NCBI GenBank assembly: GCA_034432775.1
Contig: DAOUBH010000022.1
Span: forward strand, 27,170 to 91,169
Direction: 5' to 3'
Origin: Chloroflexota bacterium
Lineage (GTDB): Bacteria > Chloroflexota > Chloroflexia > DAOUBH01
DNA: 64,000 bases
The position numbers were made by a program, and so were the translations under genes. The notes below the pieces were generated by a model, which was not told the origin of the DNA, made no database searches, and saw only the letters and a list, made by a program, of their open reading frames with translations. Position 1 is the stretch's first letter. Every line of letters starts with the position of its first letter. Of this stretch, positions 31,930 to 45,741 are shown piece by piece.

Positions 31930-32892
31930 TCAAGAGTACCGGATCCTGGGATCTACCAGGGCATAGGCTATGTCGGCTATAAGGTTCGCTATTACCACTA
32001 GCAGCGCCGTCATCACCAAAATCCCCATGGCCACGGGCCAGTCACTGCTGAACACGGCGTCATAGTAAAGCCTGCCCATTCCCGGCCACGCAAACACCGT
32101 CTCAGTGATGATGGCGCCCGCAAAGAGGTCGGGCAGGGCGAGGGCCACTACGGTGATTACAGGAATCAGGGCATTCCGCAAGGCATGCTTGAAGATAACT
32201 GTTCCTCTGCCCAGCCCCTTGGCTAATGCCGTGCGGATGTAATCCTGCCTCAAGACCTCCAGCATGGACGAGCGAATGAAACGACTCCAGCCAGCCACGT
32301 AAAAGAGGCTCAAAACTACCATGGGCAGTATCAGATGCTTGAGCCGGTCTATTGGGTCCCACTCGTATCCCGGGGTAGCCATGCTTCCAGCTGGCAGCCA
32401 TCGGAGGGTAACAGCAAATATGATTATGAGCATGAGGCCGAACCAAAAGGTGGGCATAGATATACCCACGAAGGAAAAGGCCGTCACGAGATAATCGAGC
32501 TTAGAATATTGTTTCACGGCCGAGTAAATCCCTATGGGAAAGGCAATAAGCAACGACAACACTAGGGAAGACGTCATAAGCAAGAGCGTGTTTCCAACAC
32601 GGCTTTGGATCAGCTTGAGCACGTCTACACCACGGGCTACGCTCCACGACGTGCCCCAGTCACCCGTCACGATGCCCTTCAGCCAGTCGATGTAACGCAT
32701 ATGCACCGGCTTATCCAAGCCGAGAAGTCGATTGAGACGCTCTATATCTGCCTGGGTGATCCTGGGGCTAGACGCACGGAGGGTGCTGAAAGGTCCTCCA
32801 GGGACAAAATTGAGGATGAAAAATATGAGGGCAGATGCGAAGAAAACCACCACCAACATCTGGAGCGAACGCCGTACGAGGTAGCCTGTCAA
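31930..32892 (-). CDS. peptide ABC transporter permease (OppB/DppB-like)
   Basis: Polytopic permease, 320 aa, first permease of the pair. Confidence 0.85.
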   Translation of the reverse strand: MTGYLVRRSLQMLVVVFFASALIFFILNFVPGGPFSTLRASSPRITQADIERLNRLLGLDKPVHMRYIDWLKGIVTGDWGTSWSVARGVDVLKLIQSRVGNTLLLMTSSLVLSLLIAFPIGIYSAVKQYSKLDYLVTAFSFVGISMPTFWFGLMLIIIFAVTLRWLPAGSMATPGYEWDPIDRLKHLILPMVVLSLFYVAGWSRFIRSSMLEVLRQDYIRTALAKGLGRGTVIFKHALRNALIPVITVVALALPDLFAGAIITETVFAWPGMGRLYYDAVFSSDWPVAMGILVMTALLVVIANLIADIAYALVDPRIRYS

Positions 32893-32993
32893 CTTCAGTA
32901 TCCCTTCACATAAACCTGTGCCTATTTTACATCGCTATATACTCAGGGACGCCGGTGGGGGACGACCGGACCGGTCGTCCCCCACTTACCCCT

Positions 32994-34859
32994 CTACTTC
33001 TTGGGCAGGAACCATTCCTCGACGTTCCAGGTTGGCGGCGTCTGGGTAGGTGTAGGTTTGAAGTTTTGGAGATCGGCCCTCGCAGCGGCCACATTCAGCC
33101 TGTAGAACAGCGGCAGCACAGGGAGCTCATCGGTGAAGATCTCCTGCTGCTGCAGATAGAGTGGGAGACGTTCCTGGTCGCTAAGGGTCTGGAAGGCCTT
33201 CTGGAGAAGCTCATCGTTCTGGGAGTTGCACCAACCTGGGATGTTCTGGCCCGAGTAGTTGTTTTCAGGTTTCGGTATGTTCTTGCAGGTCCAGAGCTCA
33301 AGACCGCCTGGATCGTCGCCAGCTACCCCGAAAAACACGCCAGTCTCAAAGGTGCGTCTGTACAGTGGCCCTTCGCTACCAAAGAACTGCTGGGCAGGTG
33401 TGAATTTGAGGTTCACTTCTATGCCCACAGCCTTAAGGTTGGCCTGGATAATCTGGGTGTACTGCTCACGCATCTTGTTGCCAGCCGTGGTCTCCAGAGT
33501 GAAACTGAACCTCTGGCCATCCTTCACAAGGATGCCGTCACTACCCGGCTTCCATCCCGCTTGCTCCAACAACTGCTTGGCCTTGTTTGGATCGTAATCG
33601 TAGGTAGTGATCTTAGCCTTACCCTTGTTGGCAGGATTCTCGGCCGATGCCCAGTTAGCAGGAGGCAGCCAGGTATTGGCCACGGTAGTCTTCCCGAACA
33701 GGACTTTGTCTACGATGTCCTTGCGGTTGATAGCATGGGCAATCGCCTTCCGGACATTCTTGTCCTTGAAGAGCGGATTGTCCAAGTTGAAGTCCAGATG
33801 CTCCCACACCATGGCCGGCGTGTAGAACACCTTTACCCCAGCGCTCCCAAGCTTGTCGAGCTCTGGTGCCTGCGAAATGCTCAGCGCGTCCTCGGTGGCC
33901 ACCTGTATCTCACCGGTCCTGAGCTGGGCAAGGAGCGTGTTGGTATCGGGAATGATCTTGAAAACCACGTTCTTGATCTTCGGCTTGGTGCCCCAGTAGT
34001 TGGGGTTCTCGGTTAGAGTTATAGACGCACCCGAAACCCACTCTTTAACTACATATGGACCGGCACCCACAGGCTTGCGGGCGAAGTCGGACTTACCGAT
34101 GTCCTTGGGCGCTACATTCTTGAGCACGTGCTCCGGCCAGACCAGGAGTCTGTCACCTGTCGAAACCTTGTTGTAGAGAGGATCGACCACAGGATCCTTT
34201 TGGTCCTTGAACGCGGTGAACTGAGCCTCAGCTTCCTTGATCTTCCCAGCCTTTATGTCAGCCTGCTCCTGCTCATATTTGGCCCTGGCCTGCTTAGCAG
34301 ATAAATACTTGTACACAATGGTCTGATCATCCGGGCAGGCCACCTCAGCGATCTTGTTGGTTAGGCTGCGATCCGGAGCTTGGGTATCGGGATTCTGATA
34401 CAGCTGGTAGCCAAACTGAAAGTCCTTGCAGGTCAGAGGCGTGCCATCGGACCACTTGACCCCTGGCTTCAACTTAAAGGTAACTTCCAGATGCTTGTCA
34501 TCCCCGTCACCCACAAACTTCGCTCCGCCGTTCTCGACGGTAGGCACACTCTGGGCAAGCTCGGGAACGTACTCGTTCTTGTCGTTCCGCTCGATCAAGG
34601 CAGCTTCTAAAGCATTCAGCACCACATGGGACACATAGAGTGTGGTTTCCGCCGAATAAAGGCTGTCAGGTTCTTGAGACATGCCTATAGTGATGGTGTC
34701 TACCGCTGCTGGTGGTTGAGTTGGAGCCGGGGCAGCTGTCGGGGCAGCAGTTGTCGGGGCTGCTGTGGGTGTGGGCGTTACAGCTGGCGCACAGGCTGCC
34801 ACCACCACAAAAACCGCTGACAGGAGCCCGAGGAACCATATCAGCTTCCTTCGATTCAT
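32994..34859 (-). CDS. ABC transporter substrate-binding lipoprotein, family 5 (second copy, with Pro/Thr/Ala linker)
   Basis: Signal VVVAAC-A followed by PTPTAAPTTAAPTAAPAPTQPPA linker; 621 aa. Confidence 0.8.
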   Translation of the reverse strand: MNRRKLIWFLGLLSAVFVVVAACAPAVTPTPTAAPTTAAPTAAPAPTQPPAAVDTITIGMSQEPDSLYSAETTLYVSHVVLNALEAALIERNDKNEYVPELAQSVPTVENGGAKFVGDGDDKHLEVTFKLKPGVKWSDGTPLTCKDFQFGYQLYQNPDTQAPDRSLTNKIAEVACPDDQTIVYKYLSAKQARAKYEQEQADIKAGKIKEAEAQFTAFKDQKDPVVDPLYNKVSTGDRLLVWPEHVLKNVAPKDIGKSDFARKPVGAGPYVVKEWVSGASITLTENPNYWGTKPKIKNVVFKIIPDTNTLLAQLRTGEIQVATEDALSISQAPELDKLGSAGVKVFYTPAMVWEHLDFNLDNPLFKDKNVRKAIAHAINRKDIVDKVLFGKTTVANTWLPPANWASAENPANKGKAKITTYDYDPNKAKQLLEQAGWKPGSDGILVKDGQRFSFTLETTAGNKMREQYTQIIQANLKAVGIEVNLKFTPAQQFFGSEGPLYRRTFETGVFFGVAGDDPGGLELWTCKNIPKPENNYSGQNIPGWCNSQNDELLQKAFQTLSDQERLPLYLQQQEIFTDELPVLPLFYRLNVAAARADLQNFKPTPTQTPPTWNVEEWFLPKK

Positions 34860-35116
34860 GCTCTACACCTCCAAGAGAGAACACTGCTCCGGTCGAAATA
34901 CCTACGGGATGCTTGCTGCCTAGATACACCACCTCCTTTCAGGTCAGGAAGACTGGTGCCCCAATCGATGGGTCAAGACTTCCAGAGAAGAGTCCTGCCA
35001 ACGACGGGTGCTCATGTCCTAGCGCTCCTGTAGTGGATGGGTCCCCCTATCCCAATCCGCTCGATCGAAATCGCTTATTCACGCCTACTGCAATATAGCA
35101 CTTCCCCTTGCCCACG

Positions 35117-36508
35117 TCAATTTCTGCCGAGATACGCACCCAACCAGGAACCTCTCAGTCCCAGGAGAGCCACGCCAAACACAACCAACCCCACTAGGAG
35201 CAACGTAGCCACGATTCCGATCAGGTCAGCCAAGGTCCCGGCAATGAATATTGGGAAGATCGCCGCCGCATTGCCCAAAGTATAGAGCACCGAAAAGACA
35301 CGACCTCGCATTCGTTCAGGCGAACGCTCCTGCAGTATAGTCTGGGCAGGAATGGAGATGAAGGCGCTTTCGACCCCCAGCATAACAGCTAACAGCATTA
35401 CTGCAGGAAGTATGTCCTGGAGGCTACTGTTCCCCCTCACCATACCGTATGCCGGCGGAAGCAGGGCCAACACAAGCACTGTCACACCCACCGCCAACAG
35501 ACTATAGTGCACCGAGGCTTCTTTCCGATGCCTGCCATATCTGCTCACCAGCCCGATCCCCAAAAGGATGCCAATGCCGGCTGGGGCCATCAGAAACCCG
35601 AGGTCGTTGGAGGCTATCCCAAGGACCCTGGTCACGTATCCCGTACCGAGGGTACCTATCATCAGGAAAAGGGCCGAAGCAACTGTAAGATGCGTTATGC
35701 TAATGGCCACGGAACGGTCCGACCTTATGAAGGACAGGCCCTCACGCAAGTCGGCGATTACGGCTGCCAACCTGCCCCGCCTGCGCTCGGGGACCTGTAC
35801 CAGTATGGCCTCCCGGGAAGGTATGGTAGCCACCAATAAAGCACAGAGCACGTAGAGGACAGCTACCACTGCGAAGACTGTCCTGGTGCCTACCAGTTTC
35901 ACAACCACTGGTCCTAACACGGCAAATCCCGCCAACTGGGCCAGGGTGTAGGTGAGGTTAAAAAGGGCATTGGCCTCCACAAGCCTGTCACGGCCCACAA
36001 GCTCCGGTATCACCGCCGCCTCGGCAGGACCGAAAAACTGGCTCACGCTGGAGAACACCAGAGTAACCAGGTAGAATCCGGCCAAAAGCAGGGGAAGGGG
36101 CCAGTTTTCCCCGATGGCTAAGTAGCCACCTACAGTAAAAACCCGTAAGGCATTCGTACTCACCAGCACCACCTTCTTGTTGACACGATCGACAAGTACC
36201 CCTGCTAAAGCTGAAAAGACCACCGCTGGGACTATGAAGGAAAGCAGTACCAAGCTCACGTAAGTGCTGGAACCGGTCAGCCGCTCAATCTCGACCAAAA
36301 GTGTGAAGGTCACCGCGTTTTGGGCAGTCTGAGAGATCGCCTGAGCCGACCACAACGCCAAGAAGGGCCTATTCTTGAGAATCCACGGGCCACGAGTGAA
36401 GCTCGGGGAGACAGGTGCCTTCAACCTTCGGGCCTCTGCACTATCTCCCGAAGTCGCCTTTCGAAGTCGCTCCGTGGCAGCATCACCCTCCGGCCGCATG
36501 TCAGACAT
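35117..36508 (-). CDS. MFS transporter
   Basis: 463 aa, ~12 hydrophobic helices, cytoplasmic N-terminal extension. Confidence 0.75.
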   Translation of the reverse strand: MSDMRPEGDAATERLRKATSGDSAEARRLKAPVSPSFTRGPWILKNRPFLALWSAQAISQTAQNAVTFTLLVEIERLTGSSTYVSLVLLSFIVPAVVFSALAGVLVDRVNKKVVLVSTNALRVFTVGGYLAIGENWPLPLLLAGFYLVTLVFSSVSQFFGPAEAAVIPELVGRDRLVEANALFNLTYTLAQLAGFAVLGPVVVKLVGTRTVFAVVAVLYVLCALLVATIPSREAILVQVPERRRGRLAAVIADLREGLSFIRSDRSVAISITHLTVASALFLMIGTLGTGYVTRVLGIASNDLGFLMAPAGIGILLGIGLVSRYGRHRKEASVHYSLLAVGVTVLVLALLPPAYGMVRGNSSLQDILPAVMLLAVMLGVESAFISIPAQTILQERSPERMRGRVFSVLYTLGNAAAIFPIFIAGTLADLIGIVATLLLVGLVVFGVALLGLRGSWLGAYLGRN

Positions 36509-36723
36509 TTGAGGCCTATGTCAGCTCCTACCCTCAATATCAGCCAATTGTATCCACCGCAAGGATGCGGCTTCTTAAGCCTCACAACATATCCGGGATG
36601 CACTTCCACAGGCCCCTTCACAGAACCACCACCGCTTCCATAGTTCAAGGGGCATTATACCCAGAAGCCGCCTCTAGTCTTTTGAGACAGTCCACGCTAT
36701 AATGCCTTTAGAGGTCATGCCTC

Positions 36724-38160
36724 ATGGCCAAAATGGGCATATATCAAAGGGCCTTTCGATGGCTAGCCCTGCTACTGGGCTTTGTGTTGTTGATCCTGTC
36801 TGATCGGGTTGATGCCCAGAGTAGCAGGGTCCTTGTGGCAAGTATCCGCGGCCCAATAAATCCCATTGTAGAGTCTTACGTCAATCGGGTCATCACCGCA
36901 GCCGAATCCTCTGGCGCGCAGGCCGTCGTGATAACCATGGACACCCCTGGTGGTCTGGACTCTTCGATGAGGAGCATAATCCAACGGATCCTCTCCAGCC
37001 GTACGCCTGTTGTAGTCTACGTGTATCCCGCCGGCGCCAGAGCTGGTTCTGCAGGCACCTACATCACCTATGCAGCTCATGTGGCTGCCATGGCGCCCAA
37101 CTCCAACATCGGTTCCGCAACCCCCGTGGCCCTGGGTGAAGGCGGCGAGCAACAGATGTCACCCGAGATGAAGGCTAAGGTGACCAACGACGCTGTGGCC
37201 TTCATCCGTGGGTTGGCCCAGCAGAGAGGGCGCAACGCTGACTGGGCCGAGAAGGCCGTTCGGGAAGGTGCAAACCTTCCAGCCTCCGAAGCTGTTGCCA
37301 TGGGCGTCGTCGATCTCCTGGCACAAGACATCCCGGACCTTTTGGCCAAGTTAGATGGCCGGAAGGTCGCCACAGCGGCGGGCCATCACGTTCTCCGCAC
37401 GGCGGGGTCAGAGGTCGTCACCGAGAACATGAATCTCGGAGAGGAGTTTCTGTACGTCCTTAGCGACCCGAACATTGCCTATATCTTGCTGAGCCTCGGG
37501 ATGTTAGGGATCTTCTTCGAGCTATCCAACCCCGGAGCCATACTTCCAGGCGTCTTAGGAGGTATCTTCTTACTGATGGCCTTTTACGGCCTCGGCATGC
37601 TGCCGGTGAACTGGGTGGGAGTACTGCTGATTGCCCTGGCCTTCCTGCTCTTCGTGGCAGACCTGTTCGTAACCAGCCACGGCGTACTTACCGTGGGGGG
37701 CTTGGTCTCCTTCCTTCTCGGGTCGCTCATACTCATCAACACCGCCTCGGCTCCGTATCTCTCAGTTTCCCTCCCCGTTATAATCGCCGTGGCCGCATGC
37801 GTTGCCGGGTTCTTCTTGTTTGCTGTGGGGGCTGTTTGGAGGGCTAGGCGGCGCAAGGTGGTCACAGGTGCTGAAGGCCTCCTCGGCAGCTTAGGTGAGG
37901 CGAGGACCGTACTGGATCCCTCCGGCATGGTCTTGGTACAGGGCGAACTCTGGAAGGCCACTAGCGAGGACGGAACCATCGATGTCGGAGAGCAGGTCGT
38001 CGTCACCAGGATCGATGGTCTGAAATTGACCGTCAAACGTGCCAGGGCCCCTGAACCTCAGCCCGCTGTTTCGCCTCAGCCGGGCGAAGCCGCACGCCAT
38101 TCGGAAGAATCCAAGCCGGTTAAGATGGAACCATCGGCCACCGAGAAAGGAGCCTACTGA
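36724..38160 (+). CDS. NfeD-family membrane-bound serine protease (long form)
   Basis: Signal peptide, ClpP-like N-domain, central TM block, C-terminal OB-like domain; directly precedes SPFH gene. Confidence 0.75.
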   Translation: MAKMGIYQRAFRWLALLLGFVLLILSDRVDAQSSRVLVASIRGPINPIVESYVNRVITAAESSGAQAVVITMDTPGGLDSSMRSIIQRILSSRTPVVVYVYPAGARAGSAGTYITYAAHVAAMAPNSNIGSATPVALGEGGEQQMSPEMKAKVTNDAVAFIRGLAQQRGRNADWAEKAVREGANLPASEAVAMGVVDLLAQDIPDLLAKLDGRKVATAAGHHVLRTAGSEVVTENMNLGEEFLYVLSDPNIAYILLSLGMLGIFFELSNPGAILPGVLGGIFLLMAFYGLGMLPVNWVGVLLIALAFLLFVADLFVTSHGVLTVGGLVSFLLGSLILINTASAPYLSVSLPVIIAVAACVAGFFLFAVGAVWRARRRKVVTGAEGLLGSLGEARTVLDPSGMVLVQGELWKATSEDGTIDVGEQVVVTRIDGLKLTVKRARAPEPQPAVSPQPGEAARHSEESKPVKMEPSATEKGAY

Positions 38161-38993
38161 TGGAGTTCCTGGGTACCGCAGGGGTAGTACTCGTCATAGT
38201 AATCTTCGCCGTCATGCTCCTCAGCTCATCTCTCAAAGTCGTTCAGGAGTACGAGCGGGGCGTAGTGTTCAGATTGGGGCGACTCATGGGAGCCCGAGGC
38301 CCGGGCCTTGTCATGATCATTCCTATCATTGAGCGCATGGTAAAGGTGGACCTGCGCATCGTAACAATGGACATCCCGGTGCAGGAGTGCATCACCAGGG
38401 ACAACGTAACCGTCAAGGTCAATGCCGTAGCCTATTTCAGAGTCGTGGACCCCAACAACGCGGTAGTGCGGGTGGCCGACTACTTCCGTGCCACAAACCA
38501 GATCGCTCAGACAACCCTTAGAGCCGTGCTGGGTCAATCAGAACTGGACGAGTTGCTGGCCCATAGAGAGCGCATTAACGAAAAGCTTCAGCGCATCATC
38601 GACGAGCAGACCGAACCCTGGGGAATTAAGGTCAGCATAGTAGAAGTGAAGGACGTAGAGCTTCCACAGACCATGCAGCGCGCCATGGCCAAGCAGGCAG
38701 AGGCAGAGAGAGAAAAGCGAGCCAAGATTATACACGCGGAAGGCGAGTACCAGGCTTCCAAGATGCTAGCCGAAGCGGCCGAAGTTATCTCCAGGAACCC
38801 TGTCACGGTGCAGCTCAGGTACCTCCAGACCCTCACAGAGATCGCATCCGAGCGGAATACAACCGTGGTATTCCCGTTGCCGATAGACTTGCTCAGACCG
38901 TTTTTGACGCACCTGGTACCCGCTGCACCCACTTCCGCTCCTGTAGCTGGGGGCAGCGACGGTGACCCCGCCGGCCCATCTCCTACCACCTAG
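38160..38993 (+). CDS. SPFH/band-7 (stomatin-like) protein
   Basis: N-terminal TM helix then [15 protein letters not shown]...[17 protein letters not shown] and coiled-coil tail. Confidence 0.85.
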   Translation: MEFLGTAGVVLVIVIFAVMLLSSSLKVVQEYERGVVFRLGRLMGARGPGLVMIIPIIERMVKVDLRIVTMDIPVQECITRDNVTVKVNAVAYFRVVDPNNAVVRVADYFRATNQIAQTTLRAVLGQSELDELLAHRERINEKLQRIIDEQTEPWGIKVSIVEVKDVELPQTMQRAMAKQAEAEREKRAKIIHAEGEYQASKMLAEAAEVISRNPVTVQLRYLQTLTEIASERNTTVVFPLPIDLLRPFLTHLVPAAPTSAPVAGGSDGDPAGPSPTT

Positions 38994-39364
38994 GAGCTCT
39001 GGCCAGCAGCTATATCCCTCCCTCTAATGGACGACGGGCAACGGCCCTTTCCCAAAGGCTGGAATGCACCGTCTCCCTGGACTGCATCTCGCCAGCCTAA
39101 TCTGGCTCAACTTAAGTGGCGCCAGGGCGCCCCGCTTCGTGCAACTTGGCAGCCGGTCGCCTGTCTGCTACAGTCAGTCTTCGGATCCCGCTGCCCAATA
39201 TCTGCCATACATCTGATGGCTGGATGATGCGACGAGCTACAGCAGCTCTCAAACCTAAGCTGCCGGGGTACGGAATAGCTTCACCATGCTTTTGCCATAT
39301 AAGGTTGTCCGACCCCCCAGTGAAGGGTACAATTACCCCAGCTCCGGAGTACAATGCGACGGAA

Positions 39365-40165
39365 ATGGTGCCTATTATAGCTGTCGCCAACCAGAAGGGC
39401 GGCGTAGGCAAGACGACCACCGCTGTAAACCTAGCAGCCTGCCTTCAAGAGCAGGGCAACAGGGTGCTGCTGGTTGACCTTGATCCGCAAGGCAACGCTA
39501 CCAGCCACCTGGGCTTAGATAAGCATAGATATGGCCGAAACATCTACGACCTGCTGTTGGCCGAGCAACCCCACAGCAAACCGGTTGTGACCGTGCGCCG
39601 AGGCTTGGATATAGTTCCATCCAACGCCCACTTGGCAGGCGCCGAACTGGAGATGACCGCACTGCCCGACAGAGAATCGCGTCTCAAGGAACGCCTCTTT
39701 CCGTTGACCGAGGGCTACGATGTTGTCCTTATAGATTGCCCACCGGGTCTGGGCCTCTTAACGGTAAATGCCCTGGCGGCAGCCAGCCGCATCCTTGTAC
39801 CTCTTCAGTGCGAGTATCTAGCTCTCGAAGGCCTCACCCAGATTCAAGAAACCGTGCGATTAGTGCGCCGTAGGCTCAATCCCCAGGCCAGGCTATGGGG
39901 CATCTTGATGACCATGTACGACGGACGCACTAACCTGGCAGCGCAAGTAGTGCGCGAAGTACACTCGTACTTTTCCGACATTCTCTTCAATACCGTGATC
40001 CCGCGCAGCGTTCGCCTCAGCGAAGCCCCCAGCTATGGGATGTCCATCGTCGATTACGACCCTGGTTCCAGAGGCGCCCAGGCGTACCGTAACCTGGCCA
40101 AGGAAGTATTGGAGAGACTGAGTACAGAAGGGCTCTCCAATCTCAGGAGGATGCAACTTGCCTAA
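39365..40165 (+). CDS. parA: ParA/Soj partition ATPase
   Basis: Deviant Walker A VANQKGGVGKTTTAVNLA; LVDLDPQGNAT; ATG 39365 (track ORF from 39116 is upstream extension). Confidence 0.9.
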   Translation: MVPIIAVANQKGGVGKTTTAVNLAACLQEQGNRVLLVDLDPQGNATSHLGLDKHRYGRNIYDLLLAEQPHSKPVVTVRRGLDIVPSNAHLAGAELEMTALPDRESRLKERLFPLTEGYDVVLIDCPPGLGLLTVNALAAASRILVPLQCEYLALEGLTQIQETVRLVRRRLNPQARLWGILMTMYDGRTNLAAQVVREVHSYFSDILFNTVIPRSVRLSEAPSYGMSIVDYDPGSRGAQAYRNLAKEVLERLSTEGLSNLRRMQLA

Positions 40166-41015
40166 AGGCGGATTGGGCAGAGGACTTGACAGTCTTATTC
40201 CGGCTGGGGCTGGCGAAGTCCTGGAGGTACCTATCAATAGTATTGGCCCAAATCCTCGACAACCGCGCAAGGCAGTCGACCCAGCTAGCCTGCACGAACT
40301 GGCAGCCTCCATCTCTCGTTACGGAATCCTGCAGCCGCTGCTAGCAGTGCCTGTTTCGCCGAAGGTGGGTCCTTCGGCCATACGTTATCAACTCATTGCC
40401 GGGGAACGACGGCTGGAGGCAGCTAAGCTTGCCGGCCTGACCCGGGTACCCGTCTTGCTGCTCGAGGCTTCAGCCCAGGAGACTCTAGAGATAGCGCTCA
40501 TAGAAAACGTTCAGCGCCAAGAACTCACACCCTTGGAGGAGGCAGCCGCCTACTATCACCTTATCAACGACTTCGGCCTCACACAACAAGAAGTTGCAGC
40601 ACGCGTAGGCATAAGCAGAGCAGCTGTGGCCAACAGACTCCGCCTGCTGAACCTGCCCGAAAAGGTAAGGGATGCCCTTCAGGCCGGCCGCATCACGGAA
40701 GGGCATGCCAGGGCCCTCCTCGCCCTGGACACCGAACCTGCCCAGCTGGCCGTGCTTACACGCATTGAGCGAGAAGGTCTGAACGTCCGACAGACCGAAG
40801 AGCTTGTCCGGCGGTGGAGTACGAGGTCGGAATCCAAACCGTCTAAGCAGATACCCGACCCAGATATAGCGGCACTTGAAGCTAGGCTCAGCGAGGAGCT
40901 CGGCGCCCGTGCTACCCTCCGCCTGAACAAGCGCGGCGGTAGTCTGACCCTGCGCTTTGCATCCCATGACAGACTGTACCAGACCGTAGACCAAATCCTT
41001 CGTAACAGAGGGTGA
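40158..41015 (+). CDS. parB: ParB/Spo0J partition protein
   Basis: N-terminal GLGRGLDSLIP, ParB box LIAGERR, HTH region; TTG start overlapping parA stop. Confidence 0.9.
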   Translation: MPKGGLGRGLDSLIPAGAGEVLEVPINSIGPNPRQPRKAVDPASLHELAASISRYGILQPLLAVPVSPKVGPSAIRYQLIAGERRLEAAKLAGLTRVPVLLLEASAQETLEIALIENVQRQELTPLEEAAAYYHLINDFGLTQQEVAARVGISRAAVANRLRLLNLPEKVRDALQAGRITEGHARALLALDTEPAQLAVLTRIEREGLNVRQTEELVRRWSTRSESKPSKQIPDPDIAALEARLSEELGARATLRLNKRGGSLTLRFASHDRLYQTVDQILRNRG

Positions 41016-41019
41016 TAAT

Positions 41020-41712
41020 GTGAGCAAGGTTCGTAGACCCGTTCAGCAGCCAAAAGGCCGCGGTAGGAGCTCCATTGGTCCCTTATATGTGGCAGCAGCG
41101 GTGCTGATCGCCGTCGCCCTGGTCGGGGGCCTCATATTCTTCAGTACACCGCGCCCAACCCAGGTCCAGGACCTCACTGGCATTCCTTACCGCGGCACCG
41201 AGCTGGGCGATCCGAACGCTAAGGTCACAGTTACAGAGTATTCCGATTTTCGCTGACCATTCTGTGCCCGTTTCGCCCTAGGTGTGGGGCGGCAGATCAT
41301 AGAGGAATACGTTAGGTCAGGGAAGGTCAAATTCGTGTACCGCCAGTTTCCGGTACTGGGTCCGTCCTCGGTGGTCCTCGCCGAGGCCTCAGAATGTGCT
41401 GCTGACCAGGGAAAGTTCTGGCCCTTGCACGATGCCATCTTCGCCATAACGGCAGACGGAAGCGAGCCTCAGATACCTGCCGAAAGGATCAAACAGATTG
41501 CGTCGGGTCTGGGGCTGGTCATGACTACCTTCTCAGACTGCCTCGACAACCATAGGGCTCTGGATAGAGTCAACCAACAGTTGTCCGAAGGCCAGCAACG
41601 GGGAGTCCGCTCCACGCCCACCATATTCGTCAACGACCGTATGCTTGTGGGCCTACAAGATTACCAGACCTACAAGCAGGCTGTAGAGGAGCAGCTTGCT
41701 AAATCGAAATAG
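41020..41712 (+). CDS. DsbA-family thiol:disulfide oxidoreductase, candidate selenoprotein (in-frame UGA 41254-41256 at first position of CxxC)
   Basis: Same-frame ORFs joined by one TGA: ...EYSDFR-U-PFCARF...; downstream GKVKFVYRQFP, QGKFWPLHDAIF, GVRSTPTIFVND continue DsbA fold; N-terminal membrane anchor. Confidence 0.6.
41274..41291 (+). promoter_or_regulatory. candidate SECIS-like hairpin downstream of UGA
   Basis: cgccc-taggtgtg-gggcg stem-loop starting 18 nt after the UGA, G/U-rich loop; short stem, unverified. Confidence 0.3.
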
Positions 41713-41787
41713 CTACGTCCACCCCCCACCTAGATCTTCTACCCGTGGATCACCCGGCACCTTCGGCCTGTCGGGGCCACAGGTCAC

Positions 41788-42804
41788 CTAACCTGAAGAG
41801 ATATTACTTTCAAAGTGCCTTGTGGGTGGCATCTCAGCCATGGCGCCCACAAGGCCGCTTCTTATACCAGCGGCCGCCGCCACCAGAGCGTTCTTGATAG
41901 CCTTCACATTTGACCTTCCATGGGCTATGATGACAACGCCTTTGACCCCAAGTAGAGGTGCACCACCTACCTCGGCCCAATCCATACGTCTAGCTACGCT
42001 ATGGATCGCCGGGAGCAAGACGCTGGCCACGGACTTCCTAAGCCACGTTTTAGTAAATTCCCTCCTGAGGGTACCGGTGATCAGGGCCGCAACCCCCTCG
42101 GCTGTCTTCAGCACCACATTTCCTGTAAAACCGTCGGTCACCACTACGTCTACGCGCCCTGAAAAGAGGTCACGCCCCTCGATGGGACCCACATAATGTA
42201 TGGGCAATTGCTTCAGTCTGGATACCGTGCCCTGCACTAACTGATTGCCTTTGGACTCCTCTTCGCCTATGCTCAATATGCCAACCCTGGGATTGCGGAT
42301 ACCCATTATCCTCTCGGCATACATGGAACCCATAAGGGCAAACTGTACCAGATGTCCTGGCCTGCAGTCCGCATTGGCACCAGAGTCTATGAGCAGGATG
42401 AAACCATGCTGAGCTGGCAACGGCACCGCTATGGCTGGGCGCTCTACATTAGGCAGTCTACCCAAGTACAAGTAAGCCGCGGCCGTCACAGCACCCGTGC
42501 TGCCTGCCGAAACCAGCGCCTGTGCCTGGCCTTCGGCCACCATTTTCGTGGCCACCACCAGCGACGAGTCCTTAAGACGCCTTACCGAGGCTATGGGCGG
42601 ATCGTACATGCTGATAACGTCCCTGGCATGAACTACAGTCAAAGAGGGCGGCAGATTCCGAAGGCGCTTCAGCTCTGCCTCTAGAAGGTCCCGATGTCCT
42701 ACCAGTACTATTTCTGCTCCTGTTTCATGGGCAGCCTGAACAGCCCCTCTGACCGTGACGTTGGGGCCATAGTCGCCGCCCATGGCGTCGAAGGCAATGC
42801 GCAT
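41788..42804 (-). CDS. plsX: phosphate acyltransferase PlsX
   Basis: MRIAFDAMGGDYGP N-terminus; 338 aa. Confidence 0.9.
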   Translation of the reverse strand: MRIAFDAMGGDYGPNVTVRGAVQAAHETGAEIVLVGHRDLLEAELKRLRNLPPSLTVVHARDVISMYDPPIASVRRLKDSSLVVATKMVAEGQAQALVSAGSTGAVTAAAYLYLGRLPNVERPAIAVPLPAQHGFILLIDSGANADCRPGHLVQFALMGSMYAERIMGIRNPRVGILSIGEEESKGNQLVQGTVSRLKQLPIHYVGPIEGRDLFSGRVDVVVTDGFTGNVVLKTAEGVAALITGTLRREFTKTWLRKSVASVLLPAIHSVARRMDWAEVGGAPLLGVKGVVIIAHGRSNVKAIKNALVAAAAGIRSGLVGAMAEMPPTRHFESNISSG

Positions 42805-42812
42805 GGAGAAGT

Positions 42813-45652
<2,840 letters not shown>

Positions 45653-45741
45653 CGTGCGGGCCTCCCGACCTATTTTATCACAGCCACTTGTACCCCAATC
45701 GCGTTGTCGCTGGCCTGACAGGAGCCCGCATCTGCTTCACA

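Noticed and set aside
32835-34016. 393-aa plus-strand ORF
   Set aside because: Antisense to the family-5 binding protein gene; no motif.
41254-41256. Alternative reading of the DsbA-gene TGA as a simple nonsense mutation or sequencing error
   Set aside because: Not fully excluded, but the stop falls exactly on the redox-active Cys position with intact flanking active-site residues and an intact downstream fold, which is the hallmark of Sec recoding and not random decay.
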